A stretch of DNA of 32,000 bases from Candidatus Saccharimonadota bacterium (GCA_001790095.1 MGBH01000001.1:1080001-1112000), one strand, 5' to 3'; positions 16,001 through 24,199 are shown, counted from the first letter of the stretch. Notes: generated by a model from the sequence alone, not told the origin. Made by a program: numbers and translations.

Positions 16001-17205
16001 GATACTATTATGCCAAATATAACTCCCATGAGAAGCCAATTTTGCTGCAGCGTGATCCAATAGTGATCGTTTAGTCCTGTAAGACAAATCGCAAGGACAA
16101 CAAAGAGCGCTGATGCATCCTGTTTATATTTTTTAATGAAGCGTATAAAAAAGAACAACGCTATTACAAATATAACCAAACCAGTCTCTGCGGCAAAAAG
16201 AAGAAAAATATTGTGTACGGGCTGCAGAAAAAAATAAGGATATTTGATGGGAAAAGAGTGAGATGCTAAAAGATAGTTGCCTAGGCCTACACCGGTTAGG
16301 GGTGATTTTGCAATGATGATAAGAGATTCTTTTAAAAGAGTAACACGTTTTTCCAAACTTGCAGGATCGGTTTGAGCAAACATAAAAACAGCGGCAAGAA
16401 AAATGGGGAGACTCAAACGTGCAAGACTACAGATTTTACATGAAAACCTTTCCCGGATCGTATACCAAACAGTCAGTAAAACATAGGTGAGAATGGCATT
16501 TTTTGAAAATGAAAGAAAAATAAACAGAGAACAAAAAAATATAACGGCATATTTAAGAACAGTATTTGTAATCTGTTTATTAGTAAGGAAAAAAACGTAG
16601 ATTAAAAGAAAAAAACCAGCCAGGGAGTTTGGGTGAGAAAAGGTCCCGTATGGTCGAAGTATCGTTATATCCTGCATCGTCGCTTTTGCTATACCAAACA
16701 TGGAAAGCGACATATATCTCTCACCAAAAAAATACCACATGCCCTGAAGAGAATGCTTAGTGATAAACTGCGTTATAACAAGGGGAGCTTGGAAAAAAAC
16801 CGAGCAAGCAAATCCGGCAATTATGCTTTTTTTGTTTTTTGCATATCCCTCTTGAAAGATAGCGCATATCGTACATAGTTCAACAAGCTTCAATATACGA
16901 TATAAAAAAAGAGGGACTGAGATGGCATATATTCCGGTGAAAGAAATGATAAACAAAAAGAAAAGAACGCGTTTTGAACGAAAAAAGGAGAACACGGTCT
17001 TAAAATAAAGAACTGCAAGAAGGCATATAAGGATATCAGTAAGATAAAGAGTCGGGGCAAGATAATCTATACGTATGCCAGACAGATATGAGAAGCCAAG
17101 AAAAAAGTGTTTTCCTAGCTGAGAAGGTAGTAAAAAAGAAAGAAGAAAAAAAAGGGAGGGTATAATGTTGTCAAAAAAGCGTGGTCTGTTTTTTGTTTTC
17201 TTCAT
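15970..17205 (-). CDS. O-antigen ligase / Wzy_C-family membrane protein
   Basis: Polytopic membrane protein with GTFSHPNSLAGFFLL and a later loop SPLTGVGLGNY, the pattern seen in O-antigen ligase-like (Wzy_C) proteins. I chose the start at ATG 17205 (MKKTKNRPRFF); the ORF is open to 17256. Confidence 0.65.
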   Translation of the reverse strand: MKKTKNRPRFFDNIIPSLFFLLSFLLPSQLGKHFFLGFSYLSGIRIDYLAPTLYLTDILICLLAVLYFKTVFSFFRSKRVLFFLFIISFTGIYAISVPLFLYRILKLVELCTICAIFQEGYAKNKKSIIAGFACSVFFQAPLVITQFITKHSLQGMWYFFGERYMSLSMFGIAKATMQDITILRPYGTFSHPNSLAGFFLLIYVFFLTNKQITNTVLKYAVIFFCSLFIFLSFSKNAILTYVLLTVWYTIRERFSCKICSLARLSLPIFLAAVFMFAQTDPASLEKRVTLLKESLIIIAKSPLTGVGLGNYLLASHSFPIKYPYFFLQPVHNIFLLFAAETGLVIFVIALFFFIRFIKKYKQDASALFVVLAICLTGLNDHYWITLQQNWLLMGVIFGIIVSWHPKKTATV

Positions 17206-18499
17206 CTTTAAATATTTTAACAGTTCCGAACACACCGTCATACCCCGGATCAACATGTGCTTTGCGGGAACGGATAATCTCTATAGCTTGTCTTAATCTT
17301 TTCCCGCCAAATTTCTCAATTGCTTCAAAGGGAATTTTGAGGAGAATGTCAAACTCAGTCCCTAGCTCGCCCAGAGCTCTATGATAAGCTCTTTCAGCTT
17401 TTACCCCAGCTCCACCTTCAAGCTCCGCCATAATCTCAAGGAGAGGAATGATGGAGACGAAGGGCTTGCGCCTTTTTTCCTTATCATCAACAAAGGTGAG
17501 TCCGCTCTTGTTTTGTGCAAAAAGAAGGTCGCTGGATGACAGAGTACGGTTGGATAAATCTTTTACACGACTCTCAACACCGACTGTGAGCGGTTTGCCG
17601 CATACAGGACAGACCGTCCCTTTTTCAGCTTCCTCAAGCGGGCTGTACTTTACATTACATGCTCGGTGTCCGGTCCAGTGATATTTACCCTCTTCAGGGA
17701 AAAATTCGATTGTGTAGCCAATTTTTAATTTACTTTCGGGTCTTTGTTTTATTGCATCAGTTATATCACTATATGAATAGTCTGTAATGGACTGATTATT
17801 GGTTGATATAAATACCGTTGCCTCTCTTGCAAGCTTAGGTCCAGAATGAGCATCGGAAAAAGACAGTATGGATCGCGTTTCAAGTTCTTTGATCTGCCAG
17901 TTCATAATGGGGTCACTGGACAATCCTGTTTCTATACCATAGATATGTTTGGCCCCCTCAACTCCAAAACATTCTTCAACGGAGTTAAAACCCGATTTTG
18001 ATCCGAAAAGAGAGAACCATGGTGTCCAGATATGAGCGGGAATAAGCATGATCTGGTTGTCGATTGCAAGAAGCATTTCAAGCAGATTAAGTGAAGATAT
18101 TCCAGTGATAGGTCGACCATCAGCCATAAGGTTTGCACCGCGGCGAATAAACTCCTTGTTTACTTTTTCAGCGACTTGGATAGAGGGAGAGAATACCACA
18201 TTGTGAACTCTGCGTGTTGTGCCACCTTGAGAGTAGATGCTTGAGATCTCGGTTGTAAGCATAAAGCGGACTTTATGTTTTTGTTCGGGAAGAGGTTTTT
18301 TTAGCTCATAGATCCCTTCAGATGTTTGGTATAGATGGTTGCTAATCTCTCTAAACCAAATAGGATGTGTCCAGTCACCTGTTGACACAAGTCCTATTCC
18401 TTTTAAAGAAGCCCACATGCCAATACCATGAAGATCCATTTTTTGTGACACGGCGCGGGAGTATTTCGAGTGAATATGCAGGTCTGCAATGATTTGCAT
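17171..18499 (-). CDS. endonuclease Q family protein (PHP domain + zinc finger)
   Basis: MQIIADLHIHSKYSRAVSQKM...LKGIGLVSTGDWTHPIW, GRPITG...IPAHIWTPWFSLFG, GLSSDP, SFSDAHSGPKLAREATVF, GKYHWTGHRAC...CPVCGKPLTVGV and the C-terminal VDPGYDGVFGTVKIF. These are colinear with the Pyrococcus furiosus EndoQ sequence as I recall it. Confidence 0.8.
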   Translation of the reverse strand: MQIIADLHIHSKYSRAVSQKMDLHGIGMWASLKGIGLVSTGDWTHPIWFREISNHLYQTSEGIYELKKPLPEQKHKVRFMLTTEISSIYSQGGTTRRVHNVVFSPSIQVAEKVNKEFIRRGANLMADGRPITGISSLNLLEMLLAIDNQIMLIPAHIWTPWFSLFGSKSGFNSVEECFGVEGAKHIYGIETGLSSDPIMNWQIKELETRSILSFSDAHSGPKLAREATVFISTNNQSITDYSYSDITDAIKQRPESKLKIGYTIEFFPEEGKYHWTGHRACNVKYSPLEEAEKGTVCPVCGKPLTVGVESRVKDLSNRTLSSSDLLFAQNKSGLTFVDDKEKRRKPFVSIIPLLEIMAELEGGAGVKAERAYHRALGELGTEFDILLKIPFEAIEKFGGKRLRQAIEIIRSRKAHVDPGYDGVFGTVKIFKDEENKKQTTLF

Positions 18500-18505
18500 A
18501 GAGTT

Positions 18506-18514
18506 ATTTTAGCA
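18506..18514 (-). promoter_or_regulatory. extended -10 promoter for the EndoQ operon (leaderless-type)
   Basis: The minus strand reads TGcTAAAAT-AACTCT-ATG, with the -10 ending 6 nt before ATG 18499. Confidence 0.4.
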
Positions 18515-18516
18515 TA

Positions 18517-18525
18517 TGATACAAT
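18517..18525 (+). promoter_or_regulatory. extended -10 promoter for the NfeD-SPFH operon (leaderless-type)
   Basis: TGaTACAAT at 18517-18525, with ATG 18533 lying 7 nt downstream. It sits back-to-back with the EndoQ -10 inside a 33-bp spacer. Confidence 0.4.
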
Positions 18526-18532
18526 ATATCCT

Positions 18533-18964
18533 ATGGATACAAACAGCTATCTTCTTGTTATAGCGGGTATAATCGCAATCATTATTGAACTGCTTCTAGG
18601 TGCGGCTACGGGGTTTGATCTTCTTATCATCGGGATTATATGTATCATATCGGGAGTATTGGGAATAGTTTTTCATTCGTTTCTTTTTGCCCTTGGCTGT
18701 GTCATTTTTCTCTCATTTCTTTATATATTTATTGGACGGAAATACGTCAAAAACTCCCTTGCCATAGATACGAAGAAAACAAATATTGACAGCATCATTG
18801 GCAAACGGGGAGTTGTAGTAAAAAAAATCCAGATACATCATCCAGGTCAAGTAAAGGTAGAGGGTGAAACTTGGCGAGCAGAAGCTGATAAAAATATAGA
18901 TGTTCATACCGAGGTAATGATTCAATCAGTGACCGGTATTACTTTAAAAGTTATTCCTGTGTAA
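18533..18964 (+). CDS. NfeD-family membrane protein
   Basis: From ATG 18533: three TM segments, then the C-terminal OB-fold pattern GKRGVVVKKI...GQVKVEGETWRAEADKNIDVHTEVMIQSVTGITLKV. It lies immediately upstream of an SPFH gene, the canonical pairing. Confidence 0.75.
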   Translation: MDTNSYLLVIAGIIAIIIELLLGAATGFDLLIIGIICIISGVLGIVFHSFLFALGCVIFLSFLYIFIGRKYVKNSLAIDTKKTNIDSIIGKRGVVVKKIQIHHPGQVKVEGETWRAEADKNIDVHTEVMIQSVTGITLKVIPV

Positions 18965-18977
18965 AACAGGCACATAT

Positions 18978-19850
18978 ATGATTACTTTTATTTTCATCAT
19001 AGGGGTTGTCTTTGCATTTATCACTCTCATTTCTTCAGTTAAGGTCATCAATCAAGGAGAAAAAGCCGTAGTATTGCGACTGGGTAAATTCAAGGCGGTT
19101 GCTGAACCGGGCTTAAATCTCATTCTTCCTTATATCGAAACGATGATCAAGGTAGATGTGCGTGAAAGGGTAATCAATGTTGAACCTCAAAAAGTCATCA
19201 CCAAAGACAACGTAACCGTGACTGTTGATGCGGTCATCTATTACAAAGTCGTTGATCCGGTAAAAGCAGAGTTTGAGGTGGAAGATTTTGATACGGCGGC
19301 AACGACCCTTGCCCAGACCAATCTGCGAAACGTAGTGGGTGATAAATCACTTGATGAGACATTAACAGCACGAGACATCATCAACACGAACTTAAGAGAT
19401 GTGCTTGATGAGGTTACTCATAACTGGGGCGTAAAGGTAACGCGAGTTGAGGTGCAAAAAATAGATCCTCCAGCTGAGATTACCGAGGCAATGAGTCTTC
19501 AAATGAAGGCTGAACGGGAAAAAAGAGCTTCGATCTTACAATCTGAAGGTATAAAACAAAGTCAAATTCTGGAAGCAGACGGACGCAAGAGCGCTGAGAT
19601 CTTAAGAGCAGAAGGTGATGCACAAGCAAAGATTCTTCGCGCCAATGCTGAGGCAACCGCAATACAAAAACTTGCCGAAGCAGCAAATAAATACTTTGAT
19701 GAAAAAGCCCAGATTTGGAAGAAACTCGAGGTGGCATCGGTTGTGCTTGCAAATAATGCGAAGTTTGTCATCCCTACATCTTCAGACATCGTAAACGTCC
19801 TTAATCTGGAGGGAGACAAGTCAGATGTTATTCCGATGAAAAGAAAATAA
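18978..19850 (+). CDS. SPFH/Band 7 (stomatin-like) protein
   Basis: N-terminal TM, then VKVINQGEKAVVLRLGKF, TKDNVTVTVDAVIYYKVVDP, LAQTNLRNVVG, WGVKVTRVEVQKIDPP, and a C-terminal coiled coil (AEREKRA..LQSEG). Confidence 0.9.
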   Translation: MITFIFIIGVVFAFITLISSVKVINQGEKAVVLRLGKFKAVAEPGLNLILPYIETMIKVDVRERVINVEPQKVITKDNVTVTVDAVIYYKVVDPVKAEFEVEDFDTAATTLAQTNLRNVVGDKSLDETLTARDIINTNLRDVLDEVTHNWGVKVTRVEVQKIDPPAEITEAMSLQMKAEREKRASILQSEGIKQSQILEADGRKSAEILRAEGDAQAKILRANAEATAIQKLAEAANKYFDEKAQIWKKLEVASVVLANNAKFVIPTSSDIVNVLNLEGDKSDVIPMKRK

Positions 19851-20410
19851 TGAATACATATTATCGCGAGAAGCAGTTTCTTGCCATAGTAGATCGAAAT
19901 GATAACATCATCGGTAAGCAAGAAAAATGGGAAGCGCATAAAAAAGGAGTTCTCCACAGAGGTTATACTGCAATTTTGACTTATCATAACGACGTAGTTC
20001 TTCAACACCGCAAGCATCCCTTATTTAACGGTGTGTTTGATATGACCTTTTCTTCACATCAGTTGTATCAAAGTGATTCTTTACAAAGCGATGAAGATGC
20101 TTTAAAGGATGGGTTGTTGCGGGAATGGGGGGTGGATATGAAGGAGATCGTTAGCAAACCAAGGCTTATCGATAAGATCTATTACGAAGCGCATGACCCA
20201 AAAAGCAACTACATAGAACATGAGATAGATTATATTTTTCTTGCAGAACTTAAAGATGTTCCGCATCCCAACCTTCAATTTGCATATGGATATGAGTTAG
20301 TCGCAAAAAAAGAGATAAAAAAACGAATTTATGAGCTGACAGCAAAACCTGCCCCATGGATAGAGGAATTCTTCAAACGAAGAGCTATTGGAGAACTTTT
20401 TGCTATCTGA
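19850..20410 (+). CDS. Nudix-fold isopentenyl-diphosphate delta-isomerase (type 1)-like protein, catalytic Cys replaced by Ser
   Basis: Colinear with E. coli Idi as I recall it: LHRGYT (His25 region), GVFDMTFSSHQ (aligned to GVWTNSVCGHP), EHEIDYIF (aligned to ENEVCPVF) and APW. The start ATG overlaps the SPFH stop (TAATG). Confidence 0.55.
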   Translation: MNTYYREKQFLAIVDRNDNIIGKQEKWEAHKKGVLHRGYTAILTYHNDVVLQHRKHPLFNGVFDMTFSSHQLYQSDSLQSDEDALKDGLLREWGVDMKEIVSKPRLIDKIYYEAHDPKSNYIEHEIDYIFLAELKDVPHPNLQFAYGYELVAKKEIKKRIYELTAKPAPWIEEFFKRRAIGELFAI

Positions 20411-20422
20411 TATAGTATAGAT

Positions 20423-21544
20423 ATGAGAAAGTATCTCGTTCCAATTACCGTCACACTTCTTATTATTGGAGTTGTGGTGTTACTACTTCGACAGAATATA
20501 AACAGTAAAAAAGACACATCAGGATCTTCCAAAAAGAAAGCTATTCCGCTTTCATATATTCAGCAAGCCGAGTCAATCATCTCATGGCTTGATACGGAGC
20601 GGATTGAGGAAAATAAAACCTATGCAGAAAGACAAGCATGTGACACAAAAGGCAATTGTAGAAAGCTATATAAAGACCATCGTCTTGGAGCACTGGTCAT
20701 CTGGGCAGAAGCCGAGCTATACAAAAAGACAAAAAACGAGACTTTAAGAGAAAGAATGAATAATGACATGGATATTTATTTGGATCCAAAAAAAGTTTTG
20801 ACAATTCAACCGTATCTGTGGCACTGTCGTTTTTTGCTTGATATGGCTGACGATCCATTGTGGCTTCCAGAAAAAGATAAGCTTAACAAGCTTTGTGATA
20901 GGGGAAGGTATGGGGTAATCACGAGACAGTTTAGTTCAAAGACAGAACAAACAATACAAGAGATAATAGCCAATCTATCACAGGGCAAAGAACCACTCCT
21001 ATATGCAGATGGCTTTCATTATAATCCAAAGCTTTTGACCAACTTCGCAACACAAACATCTGAGTTTGCTGCAATGTATCTCTATGAACCGAAAAAGAAT
21101 TTTTATGAAGATGCTTTTGTCATGTATCTCACAGCTCTTGAGGAATATGCCGAAAATAAAAAAAGCGGGGCTGATCTATCCATGCAGGCGCCGTACCTTA
21201 CTGTTGCAACGATTGATATGTATCGCATGACAAGCGATAAACGGTATCTAGGCTTTGCGGAAATCCTATTTAAAAATCACATCGATACTAAGCCGTGTGA
21301 TGATCCAAAAAGCTGTGTTTTAAGTATGTTTGCGTATCGTCAGATGCACGCAATAGAAAAAAAGCCAGAGACTCTAGATAAGCAAAAAGAACGAGCATCA
21401 TATATGTATGATAATTATTTTGATAGAGAAGGTATAGAGGGCTATGTGACAGGGAGAGGAAGCGTTCGTTTTCTTCAAGATGGTTGGATGGTGTATGATA
21501 CTGCAACTAATGCGTTACTGGCAGGATTACTTGTTGCGTTATAA
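20423..21544 (+). CDS. membrane-anchored hypothetical protein (373 aa)
   Basis: Clean ORF with an N-terminal TM (YLVPITVTLLIIGVVVLLL) and a helix-rich extracytoplasmic body. I recognise no family. TGaTATAGT (20408-20416) lies 6 nt upstream of the ATG. Confidence 0.5.
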   Translation: MRKYLVPITVTLLIIGVVVLLLRQNINSKKDTSGSSKKKAIPLSYIQQAESIISWLDTERIEENKTYAERQACDTKGNCRKLYKDHRLGALVIWAEAELYKKTKNETLRERMNNDMDIYLDPKKVLTIQPYLWHCRFLLDMADDPLWLPEKDKLNKLCDRGRYGVITRQFSSKTEQTIQEIIANLSQGKEPLLYADGFHYNPKLLTNFATQTSEFAAMYLYEPKKNFYEDAFVMYLTALEEYAENKKSGADLSMQAPYLTVATIDMYRMTSDKRYLGFAEILFKNHIDTKPCDDPKSCVLSMFAYRQMHAIEKKPETLDKQKERASYMYDNYFDREGIEGYVTGRGSVRFLQDGWMVYDTATNALLAGLLVAL

Positions 21545-21557
21545 TAGAACATAACTC

Positions 21558-23036
21558 ATGATGACTATAAAAAAAGGAATTATTATCACACTATTTTTTT
21601 CTGTTCTCTTTGTTGTAGTAAGTGTTTTGTCTAATCCTAAAAAAACATATGCGACAGAAAGTTGTAGAAGCGAACCTTGTTGTGATCCCAGCGTACCTGG
21701 ATCAGGATATTATGTGGGATGCGGTGATGGGTGTAAGTGTGAAGATGAGTTAGCAAATGAAATGGGAGTATGTGAAAATATTGCGTGTCCTCGATGTATA
21801 CCTGGGGATTGTCCTCCTGGTTGGGATGAGGGTGCGTGTGGACCAGGTGAGAGCAATTGCTACGATAAATCATTTGAGTGTACATGCGGGAATGCAGAAA
21901 CTGTTTGCAAAAAGTATACGGGGCCATCCAATACTCCTCCTCCCACTCAGCCTCCGACCGTGACGTCTCCACCTACAGAAACTCCGCCTCCAACAAGCAC
22001 TCCTCCTCCTTCTCCGACTCCCATACAACCAACAGAGATCATCGAATTTCCACTTCCATCTCCAACGGTCTTCTCTCAAAAGGCAAAAGACCCCATAACA
22101 AGACAAGACGCCCAAAGCTGGATCTGTCTTGATACTATACCGTGTGCAACCGGAGGGATTACCTGTTCAGGAGGTGACCCACAACACCGTGTAAGAATCG
22201 CAAACAAAGAAGAAAATAAGCTTGTTCCAAATAAAGAAACGTATATTTTTGAATGTTTAGAAACTCCTCAAGGATATCGATGCACAACAGGCAATAGAGC
22301 GCTTGATCAAGAACTTATTGGTGCAGACTACCTACCCGATCTGTCAAGCACTTATGGGTATCAATTTATCGCATATACCGATACACAAAATCAGTCCATT
22401 CTTCAATCTGTGCCAGAACAGGTGATAAAAAGCGACAGCGAAGGAAATATTGGGCCCTTAGAATGGGAAAGCTATACCTCAATCCAGGTTGGGCGAGTCA
22501 TGATGTCGATGCAGTCGCTTCTTGATGGGGAAGACATATATGGTAAACAAAAGACTCAAAAACTTGGTACGTTTGGCGACATTGAGGAAGAAGCGGAGAC
22601 GATATGTGTTATGATCAAATGGGATCCGCATGGTACAATCTATAACCTTGCCGACTTAAAACCAATATCAGGAGTCAAAGTGACACTGCTTCGCAAAGAC
22701 ACGACCAACGTATTTGCACCGGTTAATAGCAAGGATATATTTGGAGGCTTAGAGAATCCAATGATGACCAAAGAAGATGGAACATATGCCTTTTATGTAC
22801 CAAACGGAACCTATAAACTCATTCTGGAAAAAGAAGGGTATGAACCGTTTTTTAATATAGCTAGCCTTGATGAAAAGATACGCACCGCCTATCCTCATAC
22901 CTATGATGGAGGAGAGATTATCACCAATGGGCGGCTTGAGTTACGCAACGTTGCTATGAGAAAGATAACGATCATAGACACATCTTTAAATTTCATAAAG
23001 CAGCTAATACAAACGGTTGGAAATAGTTTGAAATAA
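21558..23036 (+). CDS. secreted Cys-rich / PT-linker protein with C-terminal carboxypeptidase-regulatory-like beta-sandwich
   Basis: Signal anchor, then an N-terminal module with more than 20 Cys (CRSEPCCDPS...CKCEDE...CPRCIPGDCPPGW...). Pro/Thr linker (NTPPPTQPPTVTSPPTETPPPTSTPPPSPTP). C-terminal GVKVTLLRKD...TKEDGTYAFYVPNGTYKLILEKEGYEP resembles CarboxypepD_reg-type domains. Confidence 0.55.
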   Translation: MMTIKKGIIITLFFSVLFVVVSVLSNPKKTYATESCRSEPCCDPSVPGSGYYVGCGDGCKCEDELANEMGVCENIACPRCIPGDCPPGWDEGACGPGESNCYDKSFECTCGNAETVCKKYTGPSNTPPPTQPPTVTSPPTETPPPTSTPPPSPTPIQPTEIIEFPLPSPTVFSQKAKDPITRQDAQSWICLDTIPCATGGITCSGGDPQHRVRIANKEENKLVPNKETYIFECLETPQGYRCTTGNRALDQELIGADYLPDLSSTYGYQFIAYTDTQNQSILQSVPEQVIKSDSEGNIGPLEWESYTSIQVGRVMMSMQSLLDGEDIYGKQKTQKLGTFGDIEEEAETICVMIKWDPHGTIYNLADLKPISGVKVTLLRKDTTNVFAPVNSKDIFGGLENPMMTKEDGTYAFYVPNGTYKLILEKEGYEPFFNIASLDEKIRTAYPHTYDGGEIITNGRLELRNVAMRKITIIDTSLNFIKQLIQTVGNSLK

Positions 23037-23052
23037 TTCTTCTCCTTTCATC

Positions 23053-23061
23053 TGATACAAT
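23053..23061 (+). promoter_or_regulatory. extended -10 promoter for smpB (leaderless-type)
   Basis: TGaTACAAT at 23053-23061, with ATG 23068 lying 6 nt downstream. Confidence 0.4.
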
Positions 23062-23067
23062 CTTTTT

Positions 23068-23517
23068 ATGAAAATCATCAATCGTGCATTCCATCGCAAC
23101 TATGAAGAACTTGAGAAATTTGAGGCGGGTATTGTACTAACCGGCAATGAAGTTAAGTCCATCCGTGAGGGTCACATGCAACTTGATGCAGCATTCGTAA
23201 AGATGATGGGTGATGAAGTATATCTTATCAACGCAAACATACCAGGATATGAGTATGCGGATAATAAAGACTATGATCCCAAAAAAACACGAAAACTGCT
23301 TCTACACCGCAAAGAGATTTTAAAACTACAGATTAAGTTGGGACAGGGAGGCAGATTGACAATGGCACCCATTTCTTGTTATAATAGAGGTCGTCATATC
23401 AAGCTAGAGATAGCATTGGCACGACCAAGGAAAGATCTTGAAAAAAGAAAGATTGAAAAAGGAAGAGACATAGAACGGAATCAGAAAAGAGAGATGAAAG
23501 AGTATATGAAAATTTAG
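23068..23517 (+). CDS. smpB: SsrA-binding protein SmpB
   Basis: 149 aa with NRAFHRNYEELEKFEAGIVLTGNEVKSIREG, the KTRKLLLHRKEI motif and a basic C-terminal tail. It lies directly upstream of the tmRNA gene. Confidence 0.9.
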   Translation: MKIINRAFHRNYEELEKFEAGIVLTGNEVKSIREGHMQLDAAFVKMMGDEVYLINANIPGYEYADNKDYDPKKTRKLLLHRKEILKLQIKLGQGGRLTMAPISCYNRGRHIKLEIALARPRKDLEKRKIEKGRDIERNQKREMKEYMKI

Positions 23518-23636
23518 TCCTCCTTCGCTCAGGTTCGTCTCGTGGTCTACGTCCACGCAGTCGAATCTTTGCTTTGGAAGGACGCAAGTACACGTAAGCT
23601 TTTTATAAAAAACCTAAAAAGCTAACGTGTTCTAGC

Positions 23637-24112
23637 GGGGATGCAAGGCATCGACGAGGAAATTGCACTTTTACAAACGGCGAGAGAGGTATCTATACCT
23701 TGACCCTCGTAGCCCGCAAGGGCGAAGTGGGTCGTCAAATAGAAAAAAGATAACTGCTAATTCATTTAATATGAAAAAAGCAATGCAACCTTTAGCCGAC
23801 GTTTTTGAGGAAATGCAGGCAGCAATGTTTGCACCTTCAAAATATGCGTTCGCAATGAATGCATAAGTTTGCAAAAGGTTTGCTAACCTCTTTGTAGTTT
23901 CTCCTGGTTCAACTATAAAAGAGGGTTAAACCAACCGGGATAGAGCAAACTGGCTTTTTCAGTCAGCCGGGGAGTTCGAATAAACCCTTAAACTGACAGT
24001 TCGAAAACGTCTATGTGTTCTACGTTTCGGACTGGAGTAAAGACACTTTATCTCTCGCTAAACGTTTATAAGGGTGTTTCCCCGGACCCGGGTCCAATTC
24101 CCGGCATCTCCA
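23637..24112 (+). ncRNA. ssrA: tmRNA (transfer-messenger RNA), about 476 nt without encoded CCA
   Basis: The 5' GGGGAUG pairs with the 3' CAUCUCC (24105-24111), including the G3:U wobble (Ala identity). GGCAUCGACGAGG is the 5' conserved box. The 3' UUUCCCCGGAC-CCGGG-UCCAAUU-CCCGG T-arm (24088-24104) parallels E. coli UUUCGGAC-GCGGG-UUCAACU-CCCGC. An A-rich single strand ...GAUAACU precedes a GCU resume-type codon at 23756. The in-frame stop UAA is at 23864-23866. Confidence 0.85.
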
Positions 24113-24118
24113 CACTCC

Positions 24119-24139
24119 GTCCCGACAAACTGTCGGGAC
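24119..24139 (+). other. GC-rich stem-loop immediately 3' of tmRNA (possible processing/termination hairpin)
   Basis: GTCCCGACA-AAC-TGTCGGGAC, a 9-bp perfect stem. No T-run follows, so it is not a canonical intrinsic terminator. Confidence 0.35.
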
Positions 24140-24199
24140 TTCGCGTGGTAAACCATACTCTAAGATAATCAAGCGCTTTGATTTTCAATATAGGAGTGT

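Noticed and set aside
23663-23874. 67-aa ORFs on both strands (and 23399-23593 on the minus strand) around 23.4-23.9 kb
   Set aside because: They overlap the tmRNA gene and the smpB 3' end. The plus-strand one merely contains the tmRNA tag reading frame and is not an independent protein gene.
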